Below are positions 7,147 through 17,260 of a DNA stretch of 32,010 nt, one piece after another (within the stretch, counting starts at the first letter, position 1; each line of letters starts with the position of its first letter). The stretch lies in the sequence record MK416008.1. The stretch is one strand, 5' to 3'. Below the pieces are notes generated by a model. That model made no database searches, was not told the DNA's origin, and saw nothing but the letters and a program-made list of their open reading frames with translations. The stretch is from Klebsiella phage ST405-OXA48phi1.3. The position numbers and the translations under genes were made by a program.

Positions 7147-8151
7147 ATGGCAAAACCGGACTGGGGCGAGCTTCAGCAACGGTTCCTGTCCGATCATGCC
7201 GCAACCGGCGTATCACCGAAGGATTGGTGTGAAGCGCAGGGACTGAATTACGCTACTGCCCGCCGATACATCAAGAAACCCACTGCGCAAACTGCGCAAA
7301 AACCTGCGCAGAAGAAATTGCGCACTGCGCAAAAGGAAAAGTGCGCAGAAGAGCTGGTGGATGATGATGGCCTCACCGATCAGCAACGTTTATTTGTCGC
7401 AGAATACCTGAAGGACAACAACGCCACGCAGGCCGCTATCCGTGCCGGGTACAGCAAGAAAACTGCTGAACAAATTGGCTATCAGCTGCTTCAGAAAACT
7501 TCAGTTGCGCAGGCCATTGCGCAGCAGCAGAAAGCATCAATTGTGCGCACGCTCGGAAGTGCCGATGAAGTGCTTGAGCAGATGTGGCGCCTGGCCACCT
7601 TCGACGCCAACCAGCTATCACAGTATCGCCGCGGGAGTTGCCGCTATTGCTGGGGCTTCGGTCACCAGTACCAATGGCGTGATGCTGTTGAGTACGAAGA
7701 GAAGCGACTCGAAGCGCTTGAGCGAAAACGTCGCGAGCCCGTCGATGTTGGTGGCTACGGTTACGACCACACCAGCGCACCTAACCCGGAATGCCCTCGC
7801 TGTAATGGCGATGGCATAGGTCAGACTTTCTTCGCCGATACACGCAAGCTGGCGCCGGATGCTGCGCTTGCCTTTTCCGGCGTTAAGCTCGGAAAGAACA
7901 GTGTGGAGATAACCGCTATCAGCCGCGAGCGAATGTTCGAGGCGGTGATGAAACGGCTCGGCCTGGCTGATAGCGAGTTCGCCCAGCGTCTGCAGCTGAT
8001 TGAAATTGAGCGCCGGCAGCTGGAGGTTGAAAAATTACGCAAAGAGCTGGCTGCTGATCCGGAGGATGACGAACCAACGCCAGTTGCAATCAATATCAGC
8101 GTAGTCGATGCACGAGTGAGGGAAGATGATGGCGATAGCACCGACGCTTAA
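7147..8151 (+). CDS. terS: Terminase small subunit (P27/Terminase_2 family) with C-terminal zinc-ribbon-like CxxC pairs.
   Basis: LTDQQRLFVAEYLKDNNATQAAIRAGYSKKTAEQIGYQLLQKTSVAQAI is the Terminase_2 HTH signature. CRYCWGFGH...CPRCNGDG. AGAGGAA SD. Confidence 0.8.
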   Translation: MAKPDWGELQQRFLSDHAATGVSPKDWCEAQGLNYATARRYIKKPTAQTAQKPAQKKLRTAQKEKCAEELVDDDGLTDQQRLFVAEYLKDNNATQAAIRAGYSKKTAEQIGYQLLQKTSVAQAIAQQQKASIVRTLGSADEVLEQMWRLATFDANQLSQYRRGSCRYCWGFGHQYQWRDAVEYEEKRLEALERKRREPVDVGGYGYDHTSAPNPECPRCNGDGIGQTFFADTRKLAPDAALAFSGVKLGKNSVEITAISRERMFEAVMKRLGLADSEFAQRLQLIEIERRQLEVEKLRKELAADPEDDEPTPVAINISVVDARVREDDGDSTDA

Positions 8152-9433
8152 CATCCCTCAGGCCCGATTCCTCGCAATGGAGCACAAATTTAAAGCCTAC
8201 GTCGCCGGCTTCGGTTCTGGCAAGACGTGGGTCGGCTGCGGTGGTATCTGCAAAGGGATGTGGGAACACCCCAAAATCAACCAGGGTTACTTTGCGCCAA
8301 CGTATCCGCAGATCCGTGACATCTTTTATCCCACTGTTGAGGAGGTGGCCCACGACTGGGGGCTGCATGTCAAAATCAACGAGGGAAACAAAGAGGTTCA
8401 CTTCTACGCCGGGCGCCAGTACCGAGGAACGACGATTTGCCGCTCGATGGAGAAACCGCAAACCATCGTTGGTTTTAAAATCGGTAATGCGCTGATTGAT
8501 GAGCTGGACGTAATGCCCGCCAAAAAGGCGCAGTTAGCCTGGCGAAAAATCATTGCTCGTATGCGTTACAACGTGGCCGGTCTTCGTAACGGGATCGACG
8601 TCACCACGACGCCGGAAGGGTTTAAATTCGTTTATCAGCAGTTCGCAAAGGCTGTACGCGATAAGCCTTCGCTCTCAACGCTCTACGGCCTGGTGCAGGC
8701 CTCGACGTTCGACAACGAAAAGAATCTGCCGCCGGACTATATCCCGTCGCTGATGGAGTCATACCCGCCGGAGCTGATCAAGGCTTATCTCCGTGGCCAG
8801 TTCACCAACCTTACCAGCGGGACGATTTACCATCAGTTTGACCGTAAGCTGAATAACTGTCGGGAGGAAGAGCAACCAGGTGAGCCGCTGTATATCGGTA
8901 TGGATTTCAACGTCGGGAAGATGGCCGGGGTTGTTCATGTATTACGTCTGGGGCTTCCGTTTGCGGTTAATGAAATCGTGAAGGCTTACGACACCCCTGA
9001 CATGATCCGCATCATAAAAGAACGGTTCTGGCTGTACGACGGCAACGATTATCGCAAGGTGCGGGAAATCTATATTTACCCGGACGCTTCCGGCGATTCC
9101 CGCAAATCCAGCAATGCCAGCGCCACGGATATCGCTCAGCTTAAGCAGGCTGGCTTCAATGTGGTTGTTAATGCATCAAACCCGCCAGTGAAAGACCGCA
9201 TCAACGCGATGAATGCCATGTTCTGCAATGGTAACGGTGAACGTCGCTACAAAGTGAATGTAAAGCGGTGCCCGGTGTACACCGAATCGCTTGAGCAACA
9301 GGTTTGGGGCGAAAACGGTGAGCCGGATAAAACGGCGGATAACGATCACCCCAACGATGCCGGTGGGTATTTCATTGTGAAGCAATTCCCGATTATCAAA
9401 CCGACTGGAAAAGTCACCCAACTGCGGATGTAA
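8126..9433 (+). CDS. terL: Terminase large subunit.
   Basis: Walker A GFGSGKT near the N-terminus. Overlaps the terS 3' end. Position in the packaging module. Confidence 0.8.
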   Translation: MMAIAPTLNIPQARFLAMEHKFKAYVAGFGSGKTWVGCGGICKGMWEHPKINQGYFAPTYPQIRDIFYPTVEEVAHDWGLHVKINEGNKEVHFYAGRQYRGTTICRSMEKPQTIVGFKIGNALIDELDVMPAKKAQLAWRKIIARMRYNVAGLRNGIDVTTTPEGFKFVYQQFAKAVRDKPSLSTLYGLVQASTFDNEKNLPPDYIPSLMESYPPELIKAYLRGQFTNLTSGTIYHQFDRKLNNCREEEQPGEPLYIGMDFNVGKMAGVVHVLRLGLPFAVNEIVKAYDTPDMIRIIKERFWLYDGNDYRKVREIYIYPDASGDSRKSSNASATDIAQLKQAGFNVVVNASNPPVKDRINAMNAMFCNGNGERRYKVNVKRCPVYTESLEQQVWGENGEPDKTADNDHPNDAGGYFIVKQFPIIKPTGKVTQLRM

Positions 9434-9437
9434 AACC

Positions 9438-10862
9438 ATGCCTGATATTTCAACGCCCAACCTCGACTATAACGACATGGTTGAGGCATGGGATATTAAT
9501 GATGCGCTGATGGGCGGCACGCTGGAAATGCGCCGGCAGGGCAAGAAGTATCTCCCGAAATGGCCGAACGAAGATCCTGAAAGTTATAAGGAGCGTTTGG
9601 CTTCGGCAACGTTACTACCTGCCTATGAAGAGGCCATTAAACAAAACATCGGGCGAGTGTTTGCTGAGCCGACGGTATTGAGTGAGGACTCTCCTGAACA
9701 AATACGGGAGCTGTCGCCAGATATTGATATGGAAGGAAACCGGCTCGATGTCTGGGCACAGCAATTTTTCAGCATTGGATTCCAATATGGTCTGGTACAT
9801 GCGCTGGTGGATTTTCCGAAAATTGACCCGGAGGCAGTAAAAACTAAAGCCGACGAAAAAGCCGCAGGATCTCGCCCGTATGCCACGATGCTTAATCCTC
9901 GCCAGGTCATCGGCTGGAAATCGAAAGTGGTTAAAGGGAAAGTGGTGTTGACCGATCTGCGTATCAGAGAGGTCATCATTATTGATGGCGATGATTACGG
10001 GCAAACGAAAGTTGAGCAAATACGCCATATCATGCCGGGCAAGGTTGAAATTTATCGCCGAAATAAAGGTGATAACGGCGAAAGCCAGTGGAAGATTCAC
10101 GACGAGTGGGTAACCAGTCGAGATGATATTCCCCTGGTGACGCTTTACACGAAACGCACAGGCTTTATGCGCGGTTCACCGCCACTGCTTAATCTCGCCT
10201 TACTGAATATCAAGCACTGGCAGAGTCAGAGTGAACAGGACAACATCCTTCATGTCGCTCGTGTGCCGTTGCTGGTGGCTTACGGTCTGGCTGATGGCGA
10301 AACGTTGACGATAGGTTCTTCCTCTGCGACTCGTTTCGATGACCGTCAGCGGCAGGGACTGGAATATGTCGAGCATACCGGGGCTGCGATTGAAGCCGGT
10401 AAGATTTCCCTTGAGGATCTGGAAAACCAGATGCGTCAGGCCGGCGCAAAACTGCTGCGCGCGGAAAACACATCGACTAAATCCCTAGACCAGACTCACG
10501 AAGAGCGGATGCAGGAGAATTCACCTCTCTACACCATGGCAAGCTCGCTTGAGGATGCGCTCGATAATATCCTGCAGTTTATGGCGGAATGGCTGGGCGA
10601 GAAAGAAGGCGGCAATGTCGATGTACGCACCGAACTGGATGTTTCAGCCCAGACGTTTGATGCCGCAGCTGCAACAGCTGTTCAGTCGCTCCGTCAGGGT
10701 GGTGATATACGTCAGGTCGATGCTGTTCGCGTTTTGCAGGCCCTCAAATTTATCGATCCGGACGCGAAGCCCGAAGAGGTAATCGACGAGTTGCGGAATC
10801 AGCAGGTCACGCTGGCCGGCGGACTGAGTAACCCGGGTGGTGCAAATGGCAACGGCGAATGA
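9438..10862 (+). CDS. Portal protein.
   Basis: 474 aa, immediately after terL and before a MuF-like gene. Called from synteny and size. Confidence 0.7.
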   Translation: MPDISTPNLDYNDMVEAWDINDALMGGTLEMRRQGKKYLPKWPNEDPESYKERLASATLLPAYEEAIKQNIGRVFAEPTVLSEDSPEQIRELSPDIDMEGNRLDVWAQQFFSIGFQYGLVHALVDFPKIDPEAVKTKADEKAAGSRPYATMLNPRQVIGWKSKVVKGKVVLTDLRIREVIIIDGDDYGQTKVEQIRHIMPGKVEIYRRNKGDNGESQWKIHDEWVTSRDDIPLVTLYTKRTGFMRGSPPLLNLALLNIKHWQSQSEQDNILHVARVPLLVAYGLADGETLTIGSSSATRFDDRQRQGLEYVEHTGAAIEAGKISLEDLENQMRQAGAKLLRAENTSTKSLDQTHEERMQENSPLYTMASSLEDALDNILQFMAEWLGEKEGGNVDVRTELDVSAQTFDAAAATAVQSLRQGGDIRQVDAVRVLQALKFIDPDAKPEEVIDELRNQQVTLAGGLSNPGGANGNGE

Positions 10863-11958
10863 CAAGCTTCAGGATGAATCGATAGCGCATGCGATATGGA
10901 TAGCGCGGTACAGCACCAGCGTTGCAAACAGGATGATAAAAATCCTGAATGACAGCGATGCGGAACTGACAGCCAGATTGCTGGTGGCGATGGATAGCCT
11001 GGATGCTGACAGCTTTACCGTGTCGCGACTGGAAGCGCTGCTCGTTAGTGTCAGAGCTCTCAATCGCGAGGCTGTGCAGTCAATGTACGCGGGTCTATCT
11101 GATGAGCTGCAGCAACTCGCTCAGCACGAAGCAGGCTTTCAGCTGAGCCTGTTCCAGTTTGCGATTCCTGATGATGTGCTATCGCTTCACCCGCTGGTGG
11201 GCATTTCACCGGATGCCGTTTACGCAACTGCGATGGCACAACCGTTTCAGGGGCGCCTGCTTTCGGAGTGGGCAGATAACCTTGAAGCTGACAGGATGGC
11301 AAGAATTTCCAATACAGTGCGGCAGGGTTTTCTCCTGGGCGATACGCATGAGCAAATCGCCAGAAAGGTCCGGGGTCATGCTAACCGTGGCTATCAGGAT
11401 GGCGCGCTGCAGATGAGCCGCACCAATGCTGGCAGTATTGCAAAAACGGCTGTGGGGCATCTTGCTTCTACGGCCAGGAAAAGCTTTGCAGATGCGAACG
11501 ATGACATTTTGAAGGGTAAGCAGTGGTTATCCACTTTGGATAACCGTACATCAAAAGACTGTCGGATTCGCGACCGCCTCAAGTACACACTGGATAACAA
11601 GCCGATCGGCCATAAGGTGCCGTATCTGCAGGGACCCGGGAAAATCCATTTCTGCTGTCGCAGCGTCGAAACCTACATCCTGAAATCGTCTGATGAGCTG
11701 GGTATTGCTGTTGGGCAAATATCAGATAGCTCACGTGCCAGCATGGACGGGCAGGTGCCTTCGGATACCGATTATCAGGGCTGGTTCTCGCGCCAGTCGT
11801 TCACGCGACAGTCCCAGATCGTTGGCGTAACCCGGGCCCGGCTGATTCGTGACGGCGGCATGTCGCCCGATGATTTCTACAACGACAAGGGCGAATGGCT
11901 GACTCTGGAGCAACTTCGTAACCTGGATGCTCAGGCGTTCAGCAACGCCAGACTTTAA
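10846..11958 (+). CDS. Minor head / head morphogenesis protein (Mu F / SPP1 gp7-like).
   Basis: Position after the portal and about 370 aa. Recollection of the family pattern. A GTG at 10837 is an alternative start. Confidence 0.6.
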   Translation: MATANDKLQDESIAHAIWIARYSTSVANRMIKILNDSDAELTARLLVAMDSLDADSFTVSRLEALLVSVRALNREAVQSMYAGLSDELQQLAQHEAGFQLSLFQFAIPDDVLSLHPLVGISPDAVYATAMAQPFQGRLLSEWADNLEADRMARISNTVRQGFLLGDTHEQIARKVRGHANRGYQDGALQMSRTNAGSIAKTAVGHLASTARKSFADANDDILKGKQWLSTLDNRTSKDCRIRDRLKYTLDNKPIGHKVPYLQGPGKIHFCCRSVETYILKSSDELGIAVGQISDSSRASMDGQVPSDTDYQGWFSRQSFTRQSQIVGVTRARLIRDGGMSPDDFYNDKGEWLTLEQLRNLDAQAFSNARL

Positions 11959-11979
11959 AGCTTTTTAAGTCTTCAATCA

Positions 11980-12006
11980 GGCTGCCTCCGGGCGGCCTTT
12001 TTTATT
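11980..12006 (+). terminator. Intrinsic terminator (GGCTGCC-TCCG-GGCGGCC plus T6ATT).
   Basis: Read directly. One G-U pair in the stem. Confidence 0.55.
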
Positions 12007-12064
12007 GCCGTGATCCGGATGGTGAGCGGTGCAACGGTCGGATGACCACCGAAAAGGTAACCAC

Positions 12065-12829
12065 ATGAAACTGAAAACAGTCGAAGTTAACGGCAAAAGC
12101 TATGCAGAAGTCGATTCCAGCGGTTTACCCGTCTACGTCCACGATGACGGCCAGGAAGTTGGTTTTGATGCTGTGCAGGCCGTTGGGAAAATCTCTTCTC
12201 TGAATGGCGAGGCGAAATCTCATCGTGAAGCCAAAGAAGCAGCTGAAGCCAGTCTGGCTAAGTTTGCCAAAATCGGTGATCCGGCAAAGGCGCTCGAAGC
12301 GCTGGAGATGATGACTAAAATCGACCAGAAAAAACTGATCGACGCAGGCGCTGTTGATCAGGTTAAAGCAGATATCACCAAATCCTTCCAGGCCCAGCTT
12401 GATGAAGCTACTCAGCGTGCGACGACCCTTGAAGGCCAGCTTTATCAGGAAATGATCGGCGGTCGGTTCTCTGGCTCGAAATTCATCGCAGATAAAGTAG
12501 CAATTCCGGCAGATATGCTTCAGGCGCGGTTCGGTCAGTCCTTCAAAGTCGAGGACGGCAAAGTCGTTGCCTATGATGGCTCTGGCAACAAAATTTATTC
12601 CCGCTCGAAGCCGGGCGAACTGGCGGCCTTTGATGAGGCGCTGGAGTTCCTGGTGGAGCAGTACCCACAGAAAGACCACATTCTGAAGGCCAGCGGCAAC
12701 CAGGGAGGCGGCTCACGGCAGTCTCAGCATTCACTCGGGCAGAAAACGATGAAACGCGATGCGTTTACCAGTTTGAGCCCGACAGATCAGCAATCAACTC
12801 TCAAAGACGGTATCACCATCGTCGATTAA
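12065..12829 (+). CDS. Scaffolding protein (helical, charged, immediately upstream of the major capsid gene).
   Basis: AAAAGGTAA SD. Composition and position. Confidence 0.6.
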   Translation: MKLKTVEVNGKSYAEVDSSGLPVYVHDDGQEVGFDAVQAVGKISSLNGEAKSHREAKEAAEASLAKFAKIGDPAKALEALEMMTKIDQKKLIDAGAVDQVKADITKSFQAQLDEATQRATTLEGQLYQEMIGGRFSGSKFIADKVAIPADMLQARFGQSFKVEDGKVVAYDGSGNKIYSRSKPGELAAFDEALEFLVEQYPQKDHILKASGNQGGGSRQSQHSLGQKTMKRDAFTSLSPTDQQSTLKDGITIVD

Positions 12830-12916
12830 TTCTTTGCCAGCCGCCGGATGGCTGCTGGTGCCGGAGCTGGATAGCTCAACCAACCCTATATTTTAATCTC
12901 CAAGGAATCCATACAC

Positions 12917-14053
12917 ATGGCTAATACGCTTACCGGGTTGATCCCGACTATCTTCACGGCTCTGGATACCGTATCTCGCGAACAGGTCGGTTTTATCCCG
13001 GCTGTATCGCGTAATGCTAAAGCTGATGCGGCGGCGAAGGACCAGACTGTTACTGCGCCGGTTGCGCCACCGGCAACCACTGTTGATATTACCCCGGGGG
13101 CTACTGCGCCAAATGACGGCGACCAGACGATCGGCACCGTTGATGTCAAAATCACCAAATCCAAAATGGCCCCGGTCAAATGGAACGGTGAGGAACAACT
13201 GGCGCTGGGGCCCGCAGGGACATACAACACCATTCTTGCTGATCAGTTTAAGCAGGCTTTTCGCGCGCTGGCTAATGAGATGGATGCAGATCTCGCGGCT
13301 CTGTATTTCGCATCCTCTCGTGCTGTTGGTACGGCCGGCACCGCTCCTTTCGGTATTGCAGGTGATTTGTCGGATGCGGCCAATGCGCGCCAGGTTCTCT
13401 CTGACAATGGTTCGCCAACAACTGATCTGCAGATGGTTCTCGGTTCTTCGGCTATCGCAAACCTCCGCGGTAAACAGTCTGTTCTGTTCAAAGTAAACGA
13501 ATCCGGTACTGATGCGCTTCTGCGCGAAGGTATCGTGGGGCGACTGGAAGGTTTCAATATCCACGAATCCGCACATGTTAAGAAACGCGCTGCATCTCCG
13601 GCTGCCGGATACCTGGTGAATGGAGCAAAAGCTGAAGGCGATATTCTGATTGCCATTGATACCGGCACAGGTGCTTTTGCAGCGGGCGACATCGTGACGT
13701 TTGACGGGGACAGCAATAAATACCTTGTTGCTGCTGCGACGGCCACAGCAATCACCCTGGCTGCTCCTGGCTTACGTCAGGCACTGGCCGACAACACCGC
13801 TATTACCGCTGGTGGCGCCTACACTGCAAACATGGCGTTTGATCGCAATGCATTCCTGCTTGCATCCCGAACCCCGGCAATGCCGCAGGGCGGCGATACT
13901 GCGGATGATGTGATGAACGTTACTGACCCGGTATCTGGCATCACTTACCAGGTAGCACTGTACCGCCAGTATCGCCAGGTGCGTTACGAAGTCGGTTTGT
14001 CCTGGGGCGTAGCGGCAGTTAAGTCGGCGCACTCAGCGTTGTTGCTGGGCTGA
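12917..14053 (+). CDS. Major capsid (coat) protein.
   Basis: 378 aa. AAGGAA SD. Strong terminator directly downstream. Position after the scaffold. Confidence 0.75.
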   Translation: MANTLTGLIPTIFTALDTVSREQVGFIPAVSRNAKADAAAKDQTVTAPVAPPATTVDITPGATAPNDGDQTIGTVDVKITKSKMAPVKWNGEEQLALGPAGTYNTILADQFKQAFRALANEMDADLAALYFASSRAVGTAGTAPFGIAGDLSDAANARQVLSDNGSPTTDLQMVLGSSAIANLRGKQSVLFKVNESGTDALLREGIVGRLEGFNIHESAHVKKRAASPAAGYLVNGAKAEGDILIAIDTGTGAFAAGDIVTFDGDSNKYLVAAATATAITLAAPGLRQALADNTAITAGGAYTANMAFDRNAFLLASRTPAMPQGGDTADDVMNVTDPVSGITYQVALYRQYRQVRYEVGLSWGVAAVKSAHSALLLG

Positions 14054-14058
14054 TAAAC

Positions 14059-14081
14059 AGGGGCTTCGGCCCCTTTTTTTA
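14059..14081 (+). terminator. Strong intrinsic terminator (AGGGGC-TTCG-GCCCCT plus T7).
   Basis: Read directly after the capsid gene. Confidence 0.85.
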
Positions 14082-14092
14082 GTGGAGGGCTA

Positions 14093-14305
14093 ATGGCCGG
14101 ATTAACAAAAGAGCAGCGCGCCCAACGAGCTGCTGAGCAAACTGCGTCTACGCAGGCGGATAACAACGAACCCGTATCGACCACATCGCAGCTGGTGGCG
14201 ATGGTTACCGATTTCCCGGCATTCCCGGGTGCGCCCAATACCGCCAACGTTCACCCTGATGAAGTGGAGAACTGGAAGGCGCACGGCTGGAAAGAAATGG
14301 AGTGA
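14093..14305 (+). CDS. Small hypothetical head-module protein (70 aa).
   Basis: GGAGGG SD. Confidence 0.5.
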   Translation: MAGLTKEQRAQRAAEQTASTQADNNEPVSTTSQLVAMVTDFPAFPGAPNTANVHPDEVENWKAHGWKEME

Positions 14306-14308
14306 TGC

Positions 14309-14719
14309 ATGATCACTTTCATCACCGTTGAAGACGTCAATTCGATTCTCGGTGCCACCTGGACAGATGAAAGCAAAAAAGCCAAATCTGTGCTGATGGC
14401 TAATACCTGGATGAATGGACTTAACCTGAAAATGCCGTGCGATAAGGCAACTCACGAAATCATCATTCCTTACGATGTGAAGCAGGCTGGCGCCTATGCA
14501 GCGCTAGCGGCCTCGAATGGTGGCCTTTATCAGCAGAAAACTGATTCTGGTGTGTTGCTGAGTAAGACGGTAGATGCCGATGATGTCAGCGTTTCAAAGA
14601 CCTTCGCGGAACTCGCTACCAACAGCTCGGCATTGCTTGATTCTGATCTGCAGCTGGCGCTTGCAATGCTAAAGCCCTATGGCGTTAGTCAGTCTCAGGT
14701 ACGGCTGGTAAGGGGGTGA
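14309..14719 (+). CDS. Putative head-tail connector / DNA-packaging (gp6-like) protein.
   Basis: Position and size (136 aa). N-terminus MITFITVEDV resembles connector proteins. Confidence 0.45.
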   Translation: MITFITVEDVNSILGATWTDESKKAKSVLMANTWMNGLNLKMPCDKATHEIIIPYDVKQAGAYAALAASNGGLYQQKTDSGVLLSKTVDADDVSVSKTFAELATNSSALLDSDLQLALAMLKPYGVSQSQVRLVRG

Positions 14720-14720
14720 T

Positions 14721-14954
14721 ATGCAAAACACTGATGTGCATTATGCCGGTGACGGGCTCGGCCCTCGCGATGTGTTTGTGAATGGAAACCCGATCAATTA
14801 TGTCGTTTACGCAAACCCGGCAAAGGGTGTTGTAGAGTTTGCTCCGCTCCCGCTGCGGGTTAAGCGCAACGGCGAAATTTATACCCGCAAACTCCACGGT
14901 ACTGTGATCGTTAAACCTCAGCAGCGTATTGGTGGGTGCAATGGGCATTCGTGA
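14721..14954 (+). CDS. Small hypothetical protein (77 aa).
   Basis: ORF in the operon. Overlaps the next gene. Confidence 0.4.
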   Translation: MQNTDVHYAGDGLGPRDVFVNGNPINYVVYANPAKGVVEFAPLPLRVKRNGEIYTRKLHGTVIVKPQQRIGGCNGHS

Positions 14955-15324
14955 CGAACTGCAAGATGAGGTCGCCGCAGCCTTCGATACCGACCTGCAG
15001 GATGCCGTTAAGGATTTCACTGGGTCATACACCGTTCGGGGTGCCTGGGACCCGGTAACGGAAACCGGCACTGAAGCGCTGGTGACTTACTCGGGGCGTG
15101 GAGTGCTGGCGCGCTATAAACTGCGCCGTATCGATGGCGTTAACATTCTGCATGGTGATGTGAAGCTAACCGCCCTGGTTAACGAGGTGACTGATAAGCC
15201 GGCCGTCGGGCATATCATCACCGCACCGGAACCGATTACGGGTGCGCTTCAGCGTTACGACATCATAACCGCTTCTGCCGACTCTGCTGGTGCTGCGTAC
15301 TCAATTCAACTGCGGAGGGCGTGA
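14941..15324 (+). CDS. Putative head-tail adaptor / head closure protein.
   Basis: Synteny only. Confidence 0.4.
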   Translation: MGIRDELQDEVAAAFDTDLQDAVKDFTGSYTVRGAWDPVTETGTEALVTYSGRGVLARYKLRRIDGVNILHGDVKLTALVNEVTDKPAVGHIITAPEPITGALQRYDIITASADSAGAAYSIQLRRA

Positions 15325-15325
15325 T

Positions 15326-15877
15326 ATGGCTAAGGGCTGGAACATTGATCCGGCGGCATTCGCCGGGCTGGTGGCTGAAGATGTCAAACTACGCCAGCGG
15401 ACAATCGCCATTCAACTGCTGAATGAAATTGTTCAACGGTCGCCGGTAGGAAACCCGGAACTGTGGGCCATCAACGCGACCGCGGTTCAATACAACAAAG
15501 CGGTAGGTGAATGGAACGAATCTCTTTATGCCGATCCTGCTAACCTGACCAAAACCGGAAGGCTCAGGAAAAAAGTCCGTGTTAATGACAGCATGGATAT
15601 CAGGCGGCCGGCTGAGTATCGCGCAGGAACCTTCAGGGCATCGCATTTTGTCAGCATCGGCGAACCCGATCACTCCGTCCCGACCGAACCGGATCCGCGT
15701 GGAACAATGACGTTTCTTAATGGCAAAAATATCATTGACCAGGCGCCAGCCTACTCGGTGATTTACATCCAGTCGAACCTGCCTTACTCCGTGCCTCTGG
15801 AGAATGGTCACTCAACGCAGGCGCCAACAGGCGTCTATGCCGTCTCGTTTAATGGTGTGATTCAGGCCTACAAATGA
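15326..15877 (+). CDS. Putative tail completion / HK97 gp10-like protein.
   Basis: GGAGGG SD. Synteny. Confidence 0.45.
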   Translation: MAKGWNIDPAAFAGLVAEDVKLRQRTIAIQLLNEIVQRSPVGNPELWAINATAVQYNKAVGEWNESLYADPANLTKTGRLRKKVRVNDSMDIRRPAEYRAGTFRASHFVSIGEPDHSVPTEPDPRGTMTFLNGKNIIDQAPAYSVIYIQSNLPYSVPLENGHSTQAPTGVYAVSFNGVIQAYK

Positions 15878-16266
15878 CCCTTACAGAAATCAGAAACGCT
15901 GTCATTTCCCGAATGGCGGCACAGACCGCTATTGCCTCTGATGCAGTGGATTATCCCAATGGTCCGGTGTTTGACCACGGCGGCCGCGATATCTGGGCCC
16001 GCCTCACCAACATTGCAGGGCAGGCAGGCGCAATTGAGATCGGGAATGGGCCGGTCGTGCACAGGACAGGTTTACTCATCATTCAGCTGTTTGTTCCGGT
16101 CGGCGCCGGGACGCTGCTTATCTCCCGGACGGCCGATCAGCTAACGGAGCTATTTGAGTTCAAGGACGACGGAAAACTGAGTTATTTCGCCGTTTCTGCT
16201 GTGCCGGCAGGCGAGACCGATGGCTGGTTACAGCTCAATCTTCAAATTCCTTATCGCGCTCTGTAG
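15874..16266 (+). CDS. Putative tail terminator (gpU-like, DUF3168-like).
   Basis: ATGA overlap with the previous gene. 130 aa, sitting before the major tail gene. N-terminal pattern MTLTEIRNAV resembles gpU. Confidence 0.5.
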   Translation: MTLTEIRNAVISRMAAQTAIASDAVDYPNGPVFDHGGRDIWARLTNIAGQAGAIEIGNGPVVHRTGLLIIQLFVPVGAGTLLISRTADQLTELFEFKDDGKLSYFAVSAVPAGETDGWLQLNLQIPYRAL

Positions 16267-16289
16267 CGCACAATAAACAGGAGGCTCCT

Positions 16290-17222
16290 GTGAGCTCAGG
16301 TGCAAAAGTAGTAGCCGCGTTTATTCGCGAGACAACGCCAGGAATCACGCCAACAGCAGGGGCATGGAACCTGCTGCGGCGTTCTTCATTTGGTCTGAAA
16401 CCAACGCAGAACACCAACGACAATGACGAAATCGCTGGTGACCGCATGGCGCAGGGTGTTTCACGCGGCACAGTGGATGTCGGCGGTGATGTCGGCACGC
16501 GGTTTCGCTGGAATCAGCATGACGATTTTCTTGCCAGCTGTTTCGGCGCCGAATGGCTAAATAACGTGCTGACGATGGGTAATGGTCGTATTACGTTCTC
16601 CGTGGCGACTTTTGCCAGTGATGTGGGGATTGCCCAGATTGCCCGCGGTTGCCAGGTTGGCACCTTCCAGATGGAAATCCCGGCCGATGGTGATATCACT
16701 GCAACCATCACGTTTGCAGGGCTGGACTGGGAGACGAAAGGGGACGATACCAGCTATTTCACCTCGCCGGTGGATTTAGCGGGGGCGCTGCGTTACTCCT
16801 TCAAAGAGGTCACGAACATCCGGCTAAATGGTGTTGATGGCGGGACAGGTTTCTGCGTCGACACCTTCAACATCCAGTTCAACAACAATATGCAGACTCA
16901 GCGCTGCATCGGTACCGGTTCGGCATTCGCCGGCGCAAACATTCCGACAACCTTTACCCCGTCAGGTCAAATCACGCTGTCATGGTCAAAGGCTGCCTGG
17001 GAGGTTTACAAAAAAACGTTCACCGGCGAAACGGTGCCGTTTAGCTTCACGCTGGAGAATGATGAAGGCGCCTATACCTTCGATTTCCCGGAAGTGCAGA
17101 TCTCCGGCGACTGGCCGGATGCGGGGAGCACTGACATTGTTCAGGTTCAGCTGGATATCACCGCGGCCAATACTCCGCCAACTATTACCCGCGTTCCTGC
17201 CACTACTGGCGGTGGTGATTAA
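16290..17222 (+). CDS. Major tail (tube) protein.
   Basis: GTG start with AGGAGG SD. 310 aa. Terminator downstream and the G/GT chaperone next. Confidence 0.75.
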   Translation: MSSGAKVVAAFIRETTPGITPTAGAWNLLRRSSFGLKPTQNTNDNDEIAGDRMAQGVSRGTVDVGGDVGTRFRWNQHDDFLASCFGAEWLNNVLTMGNGRITFSVATFASDVGIAQIARGCQVGTFQMEIPADGDITATITFAGLDWETKGDDTSYFTSPVDLAGALRYSFKEVTNIRLNGVDGGTGFCVDTFNIQFNNNMQTQRCIGTGSAFAGANIPTTFTPSGQITLSWSKAAWEVYKKTFTGETVPFSFTLENDEGAYTFDFPEVQISGDWPDAGSTDIVQVQLDITAANTPPTITRVPATTGGGD

Positions 17223-17228
17223 CATTGG

Positions 17229-17250
17229 CCCTCTTTGGAGGGTTTTTTTA
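17229..17250 (+). terminator. Intrinsic terminator/attenuator (CCCTC-TTTG-GAGGG plus T7).
   Basis: Read directly after the major tail gene. Confidence 0.7.
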
Positions 17251-17260
17251 TGGAGTTTTT

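Noticed and set aside
12886-14032. Multiple overlapping ORFs on both strands across the major capsid gene (for example 12893-13576 minus, 13243-13755 minus).
   Set aside because: GC-rich shadow ORFs inside a well-supported capsid CDS.
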